IMG/VR virus record: IMGVR_UViG_3300020414_000716
Reading direction: 5' to 3' (one strand)
DNA length: 64,000 nt
Origin: an uncultured virus (IMG/VR IMGVR_UViG_3300020414_000716)
Lineage: Duplodnaviria > Heunggongvirae > Uroviricota > Caudoviricetes
A model generated the notes under the pieces. The model saw only the letters and a list, made by a program, of their open reading frames with translations, had not been told where the DNA came from and ran no database searches. The first letter of the stretch is position 1. Every line of letters starts with the position of its first letter. The position numbers were made by a program, and so were the translations under genes. Below are positions 45,859 through 56,384 of this stretch, one piece after another.

Positions 45859-46952
45859 AATTTAAACCCTTTAAATGAGTCGTCATCAACATCTTGTTTA
45901 ATACCACCGATAACGTACGACTCAATTTCCGTCTCTTGTGGTGCATTCTGTAACCCTTTACTATTGAACCAATGTTGTGTCCATGGTAATGGATTATTAG
46001 TAGAACTAATATCATATATAGGGTTCAATCCAATCGCTCTTAATCTCTTGTTTGCAGTGAACTCTACATAGTTTCCAAGTAAGTGTGTAGACAATCCAAT
46101 CATTGAACCGTGTTGGAATAGGAACTCTGCCCAATCCTTTTCTTGTTTGACTGCATCTTCATACATTTGATACACTTCTTGTTCACAATCTTTCATAACC
46201 TTTAACATGACTTTATCATTCTCATGATTCTTATAACACTTCAATATGTGTTGTGATATTGCAAGGTGTTGTGCTTCGTCTCTTGCGATAAGTGAAATAA
46301 TTTTTGCACTTCCTTCCATAAGTTTGGACTCACCGAATGCAAAAGAACAAGCAAAAGAAACAAAGAATCTGATACCTTCTAAGATATTAACTGATATAAG
46401 TGCAAGGTAAAGTGCCTTATATAAATCGTAATCGTCAATTTTATGACCCATTAATTTACGTCTTCCTATGTTTATAAACTCGTCATATTTTTGTGTGACT
46501 GATTCTGCACGGGCTATGATTGCAGGTTCGTTCAGTATAGTATCAAACACATCACTTGGGTCTGCATATACATTCTTTATAATGTGAGTGTAACTTCGTG
46601 AATGTATTGTTTCCATAAAGTCCCATGTAATGATACACGATTCTAATTCAGGAATTGTTACGAAAGGTAAAAATGCGATTGCAGGAGCACGACCTTGAAC
46701 ACTGTCCAGTAATGTTTGGTATCTCAAATTAGAAGTAAAGATATGTTTTTGTGATTCACTTAACTGTTGATAATCACTTCTGTCTTTCTGTAAAGATACT
46801 TCTTCAGGTCTCCAAAAGAAACCTAATTGTCTTTGCGTGAGTTTATCAAATATAGGATATTTGAATTCGTCAAATCTTTGTGTGTTCAGTTCTTCTCCAA
46901 AGAAGATTTTCTCTTTGGTGAAATCTATTTTCTTTTTATTAAATACTGTCAT
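45855..46952 (-). CDS. nrdB: Ribonucleotide reductase class Ia beta subunit
   Basis: FFWRPEEVSL, LLDSVQGR, ETIHSRSYTHI, EGIRF, RDEAQH, APQETEIESY. Confidence 0.97.
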   Translation of the reverse strand: MTVFNKKKIDFTKEKIFFGEELNTQRFDEFKYPIFDKLTQRQLGFFWRPEEVSLQKDRSDYQQLSESQKHIFTSNLRYQTLLDSVQGRAPAIAFLPFVTIPELESCIITWDFMETIHSRSYTHIIKNVYADPSDVFDTILNEPAIIARAESVTQKYDEFINIGRRKLMGHKIDDYDLYKALYLALISVNILEGIRFFVSFACSFAFGESKLMEGSAKIISLIARDEAQHLAISQHILKCYKNHENDKVMLKVMKDCEQEVYQMYEDAVKQEKDWAEFLFQHGSMIGLSTHLLGNYVEFTANKRLRAIGLNPIYDISSTNNPLPWTQHWFNSKGLQNAPQETEIESYVIGGIKQDVDDDSFKGFKL

Positions 46953-47925
46953 CTTCTAGTCTCTGTTTTTCTCTGTCCGTTAATTCTACTTCTTCTTCCG
47001 TATAGTTGTTTATAAAGTCTGATGGTTTGAACCAATCATGGGCACCACTTGACCACTCATTCCAAAAATTCATTGCATCAGTAAAATACTTTTGTTGTTC
47101 ATGGTGGTATCTACTCTTTCTTCCGTCATATGCAAACACACTATGAGCTCTTCCGTCTGACCTAGGTCTAACTTTAGGTTGTTGGAACCTATCTAAATGA
47201 CTTATCTTACCTGAATCATTTATAAAATGTAAAAACATATGATAAGAATAATCACCCAAAAGATAATCTCTCCAATGGACTGCATTTGGGCCTTGATAAA
47301 GTAATACGTCTCCTACTTCTAGTGTAATAGGTATTCCTTTTCTTTCTCTATGTGGAATCGCCTGCATTTCCTCATAGAATTTTTCTGACCCGTCACCTCT
47401 CGCAAGGTCAATATAGTTCTTATCTCTTTGAACCCATATCTTCCAAGGTGTATTGTCGTCTGTTTTATATTTTAAACAGATAGTTGCACTGACTTCACAT
47501 GAAGGTCTGTCACTATGTGCTTTTAGAAATGCACCTCTATCGTATTTTCTAGAGTATGCATATGTTTCTACTAAATGCATATCCAAAACACTTTCCAATG
47601 CATTTCTTAACCAATGGTGCATTCCTACTGAAGGTGGGAATGTATGACACCCTTGACTCTTTCTCAATGAATCTGTTGGAGAATTATGTATAATATCGTC
47701 TTCCCTAACAAAGAACATATCATTCCATTTTTCATTATTCTCTATGGTCAACCAAGAATCCATAGTCATTTGAATAATTTCTTTTGGAATGAAGTCTTTT
47801 AGGACAACATAACCCTTAGTTTTGAAATCTCTTGTAAGTTGGTTTGTCCAACCTTTTACAGGTATATCACCTTCGTTTTCTATATCTGATATTCGTATCT
47901 TCTTATCGTCATATTGCACAGGCAT
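46939..47925 (-). CDS. 2OG-Fe(II) oxygenase-like protein between nrdA and nrdB
   Basis: YAYSRKY, HSDRPSCEVSAT, GDVLLYQG...HWR, FLH; start uncertain (MPVQYDD chosen). Confidence 0.78.
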   Translation of the reverse strand: MPVQYDDKKIRISDIENEGDIPVKGWTNQLTRDFKTKGYVVLKDFIPKEIIQMTMDSWLTIENNEKWNDMFFVREDDIIHNSPTDSLRKSQGCHTFPPSVGMHHWLRNALESVLDMHLVETYAYSRKYDRGAFLKAHSDRPSCEVSATICLKYKTDDNTPWKIWVQRDKNYIDLARGDGSEKFYEEMQAIPHRERKGIPITLEVGDVLLYQGPNAVHWRDYLLGDYSYHMFLHFINDSGKISHLDRFQQPKVRPRSDGRAHSVFAYDGRKSRYHHEQQKYFTDAMNFWNEWSSGAHDWFKPSDFINNYTEEEVELTDREKQRLEDDSI

Positions 47926-50221
47926 CGCAATCTTCCTCACTGTCGGGTGAATCGAACATAGGTGGGATATAATCATTCATTGCAGAATTTTCATCCTTTA
48001 CTACGTCCTCAGTCTTCCCATCCATAGTATTTTGATAATATGATGTTTTCCAACCATACTTAAATGTTTTTAACATATCTCCTGCAAGTACTGATACAGG
48101 AACTTCTCCATTAGGATAATTTTCAGGATTATAACTCCAATTACCACTAATAGCTTGGTCAAAGAACTTTTGCATAACTGCAAGTGTCTTTATATATCCG
48201 TCATTATCTTCCATATCCCATAGTAGTGTATAGAAGTTTTTAAGGATACTATATTGTGGAACCACCTGTTTAAGGGTTCCTTTCTTACTTTTCTTGACTG
48301 AAAGGTAGTCTCTAGGTGGTTCTACTCCATTTGTTGCGTTAGAAACGACGCTAGAACTCTCTGACGGCATTTGTGCAGTCATTGTTGAGTGTCTTAGACC
48401 ATTCTCTTTAATCCTTTTTCTCAATCCTTCCCAATTACATTTTAACTTATTAGGTGTGATTTCGTCAACGTCTTTTTTGTAATGGTCAATAGGCAATTTA
48501 CCTTTTGCATATTTTGTTCTGTCAAAGTATTCACACGCACCCTTTTCTTCTGCAATATCAGCAGATGCACATAGAAGTTCATACTGGAACTTTTCTGTAA
48601 GTTCATGAACTAGTCTATGTGCTTCAGGGTCTGCATAACTGACCTTGTTCTTCGCAAGGAAGTGTGCAAGACCAATATATCCAATACCTAGTGACCTTCG
48701 TGCTTTGGTCGAGCGTTTTGCAGCTTCTACAGGATACTCTTGAAAATCTATAAGTTCTTCAAGTCCTCTCACTGCGAGGTCACATAGGTTGGATAATTCT
48801 TCTAACTTAATTGTACCAACATTGATTGCAGATAAAATACAAAGTGCAATCTCTCCGTCTCCGTCAATGTGTGTAAGTGGGTCTGTTGGTAATGTAATCT
48901 CCTGACATAGATTACTCATATTAACCTTATCTAAGAACGAACTATGAGTATTACAGTGGTCTATATTCATGATATAGATTCTACCAGTCTCTGCACGTTC
49001 TTTTAAAATATCTGTAAATAGTTCTCTTGCAGGAATCTTTGTTTTAGGAACACTTGTTGCACGTTCATACTTCTCATACATTTCGTCAAATTCTTTTGTT
49101 CCGAATGCATCATATAATCCAGGCACATTATGTGGACTGAATAATGTTATGTCTTCGTTGTTTAAGAATCTCTGATAAAACAGTTGTGAGATTTGTATAC
49201 TATAATCTAACTTCCTAACTCTGTTGTCTTCCGTGCCTTTATTATTTTTGAGGACAATAATATCTTCGATTTCTTGGTGCCAGATTGGGAAATGTACTGT
49301 TGCACTTCCACCCCTGACTCCGTTTTGGGTGCAACTTCTGACTGTTGCTTCAAATTTTTTGAGGAATGGAATGACTCCTGTATGTTGGACTTCTCCACCC
49401 CTGATTTTTGAACCAAGTCCTCGTATTCTTCCTGCGTTAATTCCAATTCCAGCTCTTTGTGCGACATATCGTCCGATTGCCATGTCACTCGTAAAGATTG
49501 AATCGAGGGAATCGTCTGAGTCCACCAAGACGCAAGATGCGAATTGACGAAGAGGAGTTCTAACCCCTGCCATAATCGGTGTTGGTATGTTAATTTTGAA
49601 GGTTGATATTGCATCGTAATATCTTTTGACATAATCTAGTCTCCTTTCTTTATCGTATTTGTGAAATAGAGTCATTGCAATTAACATATACATGAACTGA
49701 GGTGTTTCAAACACTTCTCCATTACTTCTATCTTGGACAAGGTATTTGTCTACAATCTGTTGTAGTCCTGCGTAGGTAAATGTTATGTCTCTACTATGTT
49801 TAATGTATTTGTCGCACTGTTCTATTTCTTCTTCAGTATACATTTCTAATATTGCAGGGTCATAAACTTTCTTATCAATGTTTCTTTTGATTATGTCTAA
49901 CAATGGTGGATATATTTCTGAATCTTTCCACTTAGTGTTAAACACTTGTTTTTGAATACCATACAATAATAGTCTGGCAGCGACAAATTGGTAATTAGGA
50001 TTTTCTAGTGATATTAAATCCGATGCAGACTTCACTAGAATCTTTTGAATGTCTTTTGTTGTTATCCCGTCATAGAACTGAAGACCACTGTTCATTTCTA
50101 CTAAGGATTCTGATACTCCTGCAATCTTCTTACAGGCTTTGTGAACCATTTTATGAATTTTATCCAAGTCAATACTTACTTTAGACCCGTCTGACTTAAC
50201 TACTAACATTGGTGAATTCAT
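47909..50221 (-). CDS. nrdA: Ribonucleotide reductase class Ia alpha subunit with ATP cone
   Basis: PTPIMAGVRT, ASCVL, SNLCQEI, MPSESSS, KTSYYQN, C-terminal CDAC. Confidence 0.97.
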   Translation of the reverse strand: MNSPMLVVKSDGSKVSIDLDKIHKMVHKACKKIAGVSESLVEMNSGLQFYDGITTKDIQKILVKSASDLISLENPNYQFVAARLLLYGIQKQVFNTKWKDSEIYPPLLDIIKRNIDKKVYDPAILEMYTEEEIEQCDKYIKHSRDITFTYAGLQQIVDKYLVQDRSNGEVFETPQFMYMLIAMTLFHKYDKERRLDYVKRYYDAISTFKINIPTPIMAGVRTPLRQFASCVLVDSDDSLDSIFTSDMAIGRYVAQRAGIGINAGRIRGLGSKIRGGEVQHTGVIPFLKKFEATVRSCTQNGVRGGSATVHFPIWHQEIEDIIVLKNNKGTEDNRVRKLDYSIQISQLFYQRFLNNEDITLFSPHNVPGLYDAFGTKEFDEMYEKYERATSVPKTKIPARELFTDILKERAETGRIYIMNIDHCNTHSSFLDKVNMSNLCQEITLPTDPLTHIDGDGEIALCILSAINVGTIKLEELSNLCDLAVRGLEELIDFQEYPVEAAKRSTKARRSLGIGYIGLAHFLAKNKVSYADPEAHRLVHELTEKFQYELLCASADIAEEKGACEYFDRTKYAKGKLPIDHYKKDVDEITPNKLKCNWEGLRKRIKENGLRHSTMTAQMPSESSSVVSNATNGVEPPRDYLSVKKSKKGTLKQVVPQYSILKNFYTLLWDMEDNDGYIKTLAVMQKFFDQAISGNWSYNPENYPNGEVPVSVLAGDMLKTFKYGWKTSYYQNTMDGKTEDVVKDENSAMNDYIPPMFDSPDSEEDCDACAI

Positions 50222-51255
50222 ACTTTCTTATACTCCATTAATTTTGCTTTTGCTGAGAGTCCTGAATATGAACACTCATTGATTATGTTTACTATTTCTT
50301 CTGATGGTATCCCATTGAGTACCATATCATTTATGTCTTTAAAATCACTCACTCTTTTATCATTCCATATGCAAACGGTATACCCCTCACTTATAACATG
50401 GTCAATCTTTTTAATGATTTCCACATTCCTTGGTTCGTTGTCGTATACTAGTATTGCATTTTTCTTAATGGACTCGTCTAGTTTAGTGAAGTCACTTCCT
50501 GCAACTGATATTGCGTTTGGTAAAAATAGACTATCGATTGGGCCTTCGGTCACATAGATAGTTTTTTCTATATCCACTTTATGTAGGTTGTAAATAAGAG
50601 GTTCATCATCATGAAACTTCATAGTCATATAACGTAATGGACTATCGTTCATTGCACGTCCACTCAATCCAATCAATTCTCTCTCCTTATTAAAAAATGG
50701 TATAATTATTCTAGGGTCATTTCCTAGAACTCTATCTTTATATTTCGCAGATAAAATTGATAACTGTTGAGGGGTGGGACTGTACCAAAGTTCACTGAAG
50801 TGTTCTTCGGGGATTTGTCTTTGTTCTAAGTATTCTCGTGCAACTGAAACCTCGTTACAGGGTTTCATGAGAAACTTCAAGTTATCAACTGTCATAATAT
50901 TACTTGTATTTATTTTTTCTTCCTTTGCACGGAACTTAAATTTGTTAGAACTTGGCATCTTTTTTGCACGAGGTTTCATTCCTTTTTCAGTCAACCACTC
51001 CTTCATGTACTCTTTATGAATAACAGGGAAATGGTCTTTCAAAAAGTTAATTGTAGACGTAGATTTACCACAATTATGACACTTATAGACATAACTTTGT
51101 TCTATGACAAAGTGGTATCCTCGTGCTTTATGTTGGTTTTTTTGGGAATCACCACAATAAGGACAGCGGTGATTTAGGGTGGTATCCCCTTTCCATTTGG
51201 CTACGTCTAAGTGAGACACAGCCATAGATAAGTATTTCTTCTCTAACCAAAGCAT
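50218..51255 (-). CDS. gp61: DNA primase gp61
   Basis: CPYCGDS..KARG...CHNCG zinc finger, EGPIDSLF, DNEPRN, KDINDM. Confidence 0.95.
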   Translation of the reverse strand: MLWLEKKYLSMAVSHLDVAKWKGDTTLNHRCPYCGDSQKNQHKARGYHFVIEQSYVYKCHNCGKSTSTINFLKDHFPVIHKEYMKEWLTEKGMKPRAKKMPSSNKFKFRAKEEKINTSNIMTVDNLKFLMKPCNEVSVAREYLEQRQIPEEHFSELWYSPTPQQLSILSAKYKDRVLGNDPRIIIPFFNKERELIGLSGRAMNDSPLRYMTMKFHDDEPLIYNLHKVDIEKTIYVTEGPIDSLFLPNAISVAGSDFTKLDESIKKNAILVYDNEPRNVEIIKKIDHVISEGYTVCIWNDKRVSDFKDINDMVLNGIPSEEIVNIINECSYSGLSAKAKLMEYKKV

Positions 51256-51305
51256 ATATCCATTATACAGGATATATGCGTTTTTGGAAAGGGGTTTTTA
51301 GACTA

Positions 51306-51518
51306 TTAGTCTTCTGATTGGTCTGCTAATTCACCTTCAAATAGTGCAATTTGCTCTTGGTGTGTGACAACAGATTTGTCATATGAAAGTTTGCCTGGAT
51401 GGTCTTCTGCCATTTCGTCATATCCTTCAGGTTTGACTGGTTGTCCTTCACCTTTAATGAATGCGAGTTTTTCTTCAGCTGACATATCTTCCATTGAGAT
51501 TACTGATTCTTCTGCCAT
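51306..51518 (-). CDS. Small acidic hypothetical protein
   Basis: AGGAG RBS. Confidence 0.65.
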   Translation of the reverse strand: MAEESVISMEDMSAEEKLAFIKGEGQPVKPEGYDEMAEDHPGKLSYDKSVVTHQEQIALFEGELADQSED

Positions 51519-51537
51519 TTGTTTCTCCTAAAAAGGT

Positions 51538-52728
51538 TTAAGTTACTGGTTTATTTATGGTATCCATGTTCTTTAATCTACTTTTTGGAACCTGTAAAAC
51601 GTATCTTTTTTCTGTTACATGAGGTCTAGTTTTTTCTTCTTCTCGATACACTTGACCTACACTACTAATCAAAAGTAACACTGCAAGTGGGTCAAACACG
51701 AAAATTAACATATAAATGACCCATCGAACTGCGTTGTCAAGGTACTTGACACTGTCCTCTTGACCGTAAATTACCTCTGCAATGTACTTAATCGGCCCTA
51801 CTTCACGTTCTAGTGTAAGTATAACCTGTTCAGAATCAAACTTTTCTAACTTTAACTCATCTATTTTATCATATGTTTGGTCTATTAGTAAGTTGTATTC
51901 GTCTGTTTTTGCAATTATTTCATCTGCATCACCAGTTGACGCTTGTTGTAGTCTTTTGATTTCTGCGTTTGCACCGTCTATAGTGTTTTGTGCTTGTTGT
52001 CTGTATCTATCGATATTTCCCTGTTGGACTGCAATATCTTCTCTTATCTGTTGTCTTTGTTCTGATTGTTGTGTAAACAATTCATTTGCTTGTGCAACGT
52101 AGTCTATAGTTTCAGTCTCTGCACCTTGGAACACTCCACCTTCATCTGTAGTAATAACTTCTACACCTTTCTCTCTTAGATTATTAACTGCAGAATCCAG
52201 TGTTGTGAGTTGTCCTCTTAAACTTTCTATTTGTCCTTGTGCGTAATCAATATCACCCTGAACTCTATCCCATGCACCGTCCCGAATGATTTCTTGTTGT
52301 TCTATTGAGTCTGATACGTCAATAGTAGAAACACCTAGTGTACTAATACGACCTTCATAAGTTTCTATTTTTGCTTCTTCCCGTGCAATCAGATTATCTA
52401 TTCTTGTAACTACTGATTGTGCTTGTGCAGTATCACCTGTTTGTTCTGAATGTGCTTTTGATAGGTATCCGAATATCCCTAGTGAAGTAATCAACATAAG
52501 GACAAAGACCATTGTTGCCATTAACCATTTTTGATAATTGAGTCTCTCCCAAAAGAGATGTAGATAAGCGGCAGTTACAATTTTACCAAACTCTAATGCA
52601 CCTGCCATAATTACAATACCCATGAATGCACCTGCAAATATAGTTGCAAGTCCGAGTACTGAGAAATACGCAGCTATTCCTGCGATTCCAACACTGGTTA
52701 CCAGTGCTAACCAATTCAAATATTTCAT
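51538..52728 (-). CDS. Membrane protein with long coiled coil
   Basis: 3 N-terminal TMs, AAYFS..GLA.IF, ITS.GIFGYLSKAH, EVGPIKYIAE, VFDPLAVLLL. Confidence 0.75.
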   Translation of the reverse strand: MKYLNWLALVTSVGIAGIAAYFSVLGLATIFAGAFMGIVIMAGALEFGKIVTAAYLHLFWERLNYQKWLMATMVFVLMLITSLGIFGYLSKAHSEQTGDTAQAQSVVTRIDNLIAREEAKIETYEGRISTLGVSTIDVSDSIEQQEIIRDGAWDRVQGDIDYAQGQIESLRGQLTTLDSAVNNLREKGVEVITTDEGGVFQGAETETIDYVAQANELFTQQSEQRQQIREDIAVQQGNIDRYRQQAQNTIDGANAEIKRLQQASTGDADEIIAKTDEYNLLIDQTYDKIDELKLEKFDSEQVILTLEREVGPIKYIAEVIYGQEDSVKYLDNAVRWVIYMLIFVFDPLAVLLLISSVGQVYREEEKTRPHVTEKRYVLQVPKSRLKNMDTINKPVT

Positions 52729-52738
52729 ATTGTAAAAA

Positions 52739-53515
52739 CTAAAGTTTTCGCTTTAGTACCTTGAATGCATCGTCTGGCATTCTCTTCTTCTTTTTCTTTT
52801 TCATTGTTGGTGGCATACTTATCGCACCACCAGTTGCGTTCATTGGTGCATCTTCTTTTAACTTACCAAAGTCCATAAACTCCATAAGTTCTTTTCCAAG
52901 TTTTACACCCGCTTCATAATCAGACGGATAGTGTAATCCTGCAATCACTCTTCCGAATCCACTAATCTTTGCACCATTCATAAGTCCTGCACGGTGTTGT
53001 GGATATAATTTACTGTAGTATTCTGCAACTACAAATGGTTGTGTTGTATGTCCACTTGGGTATGACGGTGTCTTTGCAGTATCAGTAATAAATCTACTGA
53101 AGTCTATATCAAGTTTATCTGCAACCTGATATGGTCTTGCACGATTGAAATGATTTTTATGGTGTTTAATGATTGGACTACATTGTTTTTCAATATACTC
53201 TATTGTATCTGAATCATAATCCAAATCTTCTTTATCCATATATTCTTTGATATAGTATGATGCATCTTCGTCACAATTTTCATACTGTTCTTTTTGTTCT
53301 TCTGTTGCGTTTAGATAATATTCTTTTACTTCTCTAATTTCTTTACCAACAGCCTCTTCCCCTTTAGGATATGCACCCAACATTATGGTTTCCCAACCGT
53401 CTTTCCAAATTTCTAATCTTTCGTATTTGGGTCTTTTAAGTTCGTCTTGTGGTTTGAAAACCATATAGTCTATGTTTTCAAATAGAACGGATAAATGTTT
53501 TCTAGTATAACTCAT
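52739..53515 (-). CDS. PAP2 / acid phosphatase family protein
   Basis: K..FNRARP, PSYPSGH, R..AGLHYPSD. Confidence 0.85.
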   Translation of the reverse strand: MSYTRKHLSVLFENIDYMVFKPQDELKRPKYERLEIWKDGWETIMLGAYPKGEEAVGKEIREVKEYYLNATEEQKEQYENCDEDASYYIKEYMDKEDLDYDSDTIEYIEKQCSPIIKHHKNHFNRARPYQVADKLDIDFSRFITDTAKTPSYPSGHTTQPFVVAEYYSKLYPQHRAGLMNGAKISGFGRVIAGLHYPSDYEAGVKLGKELMEFMDFGKLKEDAPMNATGGAISMPPTMKKKKKKRMPDDAFKVLKRKL

Positions 53516-54062
53516 CGCCTGTTACCAAAACCCTATCGTTGTTTATAAATCCTACATACGCTGTTATTCCGAATACCATACTATGTTCTGCAACTATTTT
53601 TACTTCTGATTTGGGAAGATAGGTTGTGTCATTTTGTTCTAGAAGTTGTCTTTTTAGTCTGTAGGTATGTCCGACTTGAAGAGTAGGAACCATGTTAGCT
53701 TCAGTAAGCATATCAGGTTCTAAAATATTGTTTTCTTTTATATGTCTATAGAACTTTTCACATAACTCGTCCATTTGGTCTTCGTCTAACTTTGTCTCTT
53801 CTTTTAATAACAATAGTGCGATAGCGTAAGATGCGAATGCAGTCTTACCAAACGGAACTTTATTTACGATTCTTTTTAGGTTGAAAACTAATCTATGAAG
53901 TAAAGTATATGATTTCTTTTCTTTACTGGATTCGATTTTTTTGTCTTTAACTCTAGACCCTTTTTTATCGATAATACCCAGTTTATATGCATCATACTTT
54001 TCCCAAGGTGTTGTTAACATCTTTAGAATACGAAAAACTATTAATGTGTCTACTACTCTCAT
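53502..54062 (-). CDS. Conserved T4-like late hypothetical protein
   Basis: FRILKMLTTPWEKYDAYKLGIID..G...YTLLHRLVFNLKR; late promoter upstream. Confidence 0.75.
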   Translation of the reverse strand: MRVVDTLIVFRILKMLTTPWEKYDAYKLGIIDKKGSRVKDKKIESSKEKKSYTLLHRLVFNLKRIVNKVPFGKTAFASYAIALLLLKEETKLDEDQMDELCEKFYRHIKENNILEPDMLTEANMVPTLQVGHTYRLKRQLLEQNDTTYLPKSEVKIVAEHSMVFGITAYVGFINNDRVLVTGDELY

Positions 54063-54067
54063 ATATC

Positions 54068-54075
54068 TATTTATA
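54068..54075 (-). promoter_or_regulatory. Late promoter TATAAATA
   Basis: Exact motif. Confidence 0.78.
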
Positions 54076-54087
54076 CCATTTGTAAGG

Positions 54088-54163
54088 TGGAGCTCCGAGT
54101 CCGACTTGAACGGACGACCTGCTGATTACAAATCAGCTGCTCTACCAACTGAGCTATCGGAGC
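54088..54163 (-). tRNA. tRNA-Thr (UGU)
   Basis: 76-nt cloverleaf GCUCCGA/UCGGAGC, anticodon loop UU-UGU-AA, GUUCAA T-loop, encoded CCA. Confidence 0.95.
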
Positions 54164-54535
54164 TTATAATTCCCTGAGTTTTTGTGCGAGTTCATCATTA
54201 ACAGGTATTTCTGTATTCCATGACTCGTCAACATAACCCAAATATAACAACATTGTTTTTATGGAAGACCAATAAGATGGTTCTTGTATTTTGAAGTCCA
54301 ACATTCGCATAGATGCTTCGTAACCGAATACATTGAATATTGTGATTAGGTGATTTAACATGAGGCGTTCTCTTAATTCACCTGCCTCATGATAACGGTG
54401 ACATAAACGTTTAAGGTATCTGAACCTTCGTAAATCTTCTTGAAATTCTTCTAAATCTGCACACTGAGGATTATCGTAATTCTGAAGTGCGAATGCACTG
54501 AAATTTTTTACAGTGAGTTTGTCAAATAGACCCAT
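54164..54535 (-). CDS. Conserved T4-like hypothetical protein
   Basis: YDNPQC...EF.EDL.RF.YLKRL...L.ERL.LNHLI..FNVFG. Confidence 0.8.
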   Translation of the reverse strand: MGLFDKLTVKNFSAFALQNYDNPQCADLEEFQEDLRRFRYLKRLCHRYHEAGELRERLMLNHLITIFNVFGYEASMRMLDFKIQEPSYWSSIKTMLLYLGYVDESWNTEIPVNDELAQKLREL

Positions 54536-54578
54536 ACGTTTTCCATAATATAATTAAATCTAAAAGTATTTAGTACTT

Positions 54579-54968
54579 TTAGATACTTCCGTAAACTTTA
54601 AATGAACCTGTTTCTAACTTTTCTACTTTAAGTTTGAGAATAACTGCTTCTACTTTCTCATCGAACTCATCGTGAGGTGTGTCTACAGTCTTACCAAACT
54701 GGTCACCATATCTTTTCATAGCGACTTCATAATCACCAGTTTCAGTAATCTCAGGGTGTGTTTCAAGTGCGAAACCAAGTTGTCCTAGTTTTGCATCAAT
54801 CTGACCGACAGCTGCACTAGGATTTAGATATTCACTTATTGCAGTGTGACCAAGGATGGCATTAATCCTTGATTTTACTTCAGGGTCATTTATGTCATGA
54901 GGAACGTGTTGACTTTCTAACCCACCTACTTGTTTACTTTCTGCTACGAATTCTGCGAATTTTTTCAT
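54579..54968 (-). CDS. Putative internal head protein with capsid-targeting-like N-terminus
   Basis: MKKFAEFVAE resembles the T4 internal-protein targeting sequence MKTYQEFIAE. Confidence 0.6.
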   Translation of the reverse strand: MKKFAEFVAESKQVGGLESQHVPHDINDPEVKSRINAILGHTAISEYLNPSAAVGQIDAKLGQLGFALETHPEITETGDYEVAMKRYGDQFGKTVDTPHDEFDEKVEAVILKLKVEKLETGSFKVYGSI

Positions 54969-54972
54969 ATTA

Positions 54973-55236
54973 TTATCCTATTATTCCAACACCAACTCCA
55001 AGTACTTCTGCGTGAGCAGCGAATACTTCGTCTGTTGGGTCTTTAGAAATTATTTCTGTTGCACCAGCACCTAGTGTAAATGTTCCGATTAATGATGCAC
55101 CTGATGTTTCTACAGATACTAATCGTGCAGTTGACCCACTATTGTGAACTCTTACTGCAGTTGAACTACTGAAGTTTGAACCATTAGTCGAACTTGTTCC
55201 ACAAGCCGCTTCTGAACCTAGTACTAATAATTTCAT
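54973..55236 (-). CDS. Small putative virion protein
   Basis: Ser/Thr/Ala-rich beta protein, GTFTL...I.K.PTD. Confidence 0.6.
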   Translation of the reverse strand: MKLLVLGSEAACGTSSTNGSNFSSSTAVRVHNSGSTARLVSVETSGASLIGTFTLGAGATEIISKDPTDEVFAAHAEVLGVGVGIIG

Positions 55237-55247
55237 GTTAACCTACC

Positions 55248-55820
55248 TTATGCAGTTACTGTAATTGTTCCAGCAGCTGTACCGATAGAACTTGCACTAG
55301 TAATTGTTGCGTTACCACCACCTGCAGTGTCAACTATTGTAGAACCACCTGCGTGTGCTAATGGATTTGCACCGAAACTTAATACATCATCTGCGTTAGT
55401 AGCAGCGTTTGCAGCTCCTATTGCAAGACTGAATGTAAGTTCGTTAGTTGTAGAACCACTTGCGTATGCGAGAACGTGTGGGCCTCTTCCTGAACCTGAA
55501 CCTTGGTTTCCGTTAGTTACTGATAATGTAGGTGTTCCACTTACAGTTACATTCTCGTTAAATCTTACGATAGCGGATAATGTTCCACCTTCTGATTTAT
55601 CAAATGCAGTAGTTACCCATTCAATATCTGTAATATCTGCTTGTCCAATACCAGTTGCAAGGTTAGCACCTGTCGCAACAAGAATCTCTTCTAAGTTTCT
55701 TGAACCAACTGCTTTCTTTAGAACCCAACCTTCTGGCTTAGCGATACAATTTTTCTTGTCAGCGTCTGAAAGATACTTAGGTTTACTTTCGTCAGCGTCT
55801 GATACTCCCCATAATGCCAT
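55248..55820 (-). CDS. Putative virion structural protein (Ig-like)
   Basis: MALWG..D..ESKPKYL, GWV, FNENVTVSGTPTL, YASGSTTNELTF. Confidence 0.7.
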   Translation of the reverse strand: MALWGVSDADESKPKYLSDADKKNCIAKPEGWVLKKAVGSRNLEEILVATGANLATGIGQADITDIEWVTTAFDKSEGGTLSAIVRFNENVTVSGTPTLSVTNGNQGSGSGRGPHVLAYASGSTTNELTFSLAIGAANAATNADDVLSFGANPLAHAGGSTIVDTAGGGNATITSASSIGTAAGTITVTA

Positions 55821-55838
55821 TTTTTATTTCCTCTCTTT

Positions 55839-56384
55839 TTATCTATTGGCAAATTTTAATATGCCATTGAAATTAGTCTTAAAAGACTTAATGTCTTTCT
55901 GTAATAATATAAGGTATTTAGACCGTTCAGGTGTTTTAAGTCTCATTAAAACGTCATGAACTTTCTCTGCATCCTTCCATTTGACCTTCATGGTCTTCAT
56001 GTCATCTGTTCTAATGTTTTGGTCACGTCTAGTGTCAATCAACTTTTTAAGTTGCATTAAAACATTTGCATCAGGACGTAGTTGCATTCCTTGTGCTTTT
56101 GAATCCATCGCCCAAATTGCTCTTTGAATGACTTCATCTTCACCAGCTTCTGCATACTTACCTTTTGCCATGGTGGATATTTTATCCAACATAGTTCTCA
56201 ATTCTTTTTCGTTTTTTGCTTTCGCAACGGCACGTGCCACCTTTTGGTTACCACCATCGGACATCATTCCGAAGTCTGCAACCTTTTCTAGGACTTTGGA
56301 GACCTTCTTCGCCTCACCTTTCATATATCCTAGTTTTTTAATCTTTTCTTTAAAGATTCTATATCTTGCGTCTATCTTGTCCAT
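55839..56384 (-). CDS. Hypothetical late protein
   Basis: Lys-rich ORF, coupled. Confidence 0.65.
   Translation of the reverse strand: MDKIDARYRIFKEKIKKLGYMKGEAKKVSKVLEKVADFGMMSDGGNQKVARAVAKAKNEKELRTMLDKISTMAKGKYAEAGEDEVIQRAIWAMDSKAQGMQLRPDANVLMQLKKLIDTRRDQNIRTDDMKTMKVKWKDAEKVHDVLMRLKTPERSKYLILLQKDIKSFKTNFNGILKFANR

Noticed and set aside
45855..50221. Introns or inteins in nrdA/nrdB
   Set aside because: Both ORFs are continuous and of normal length (770 and 365 aa).
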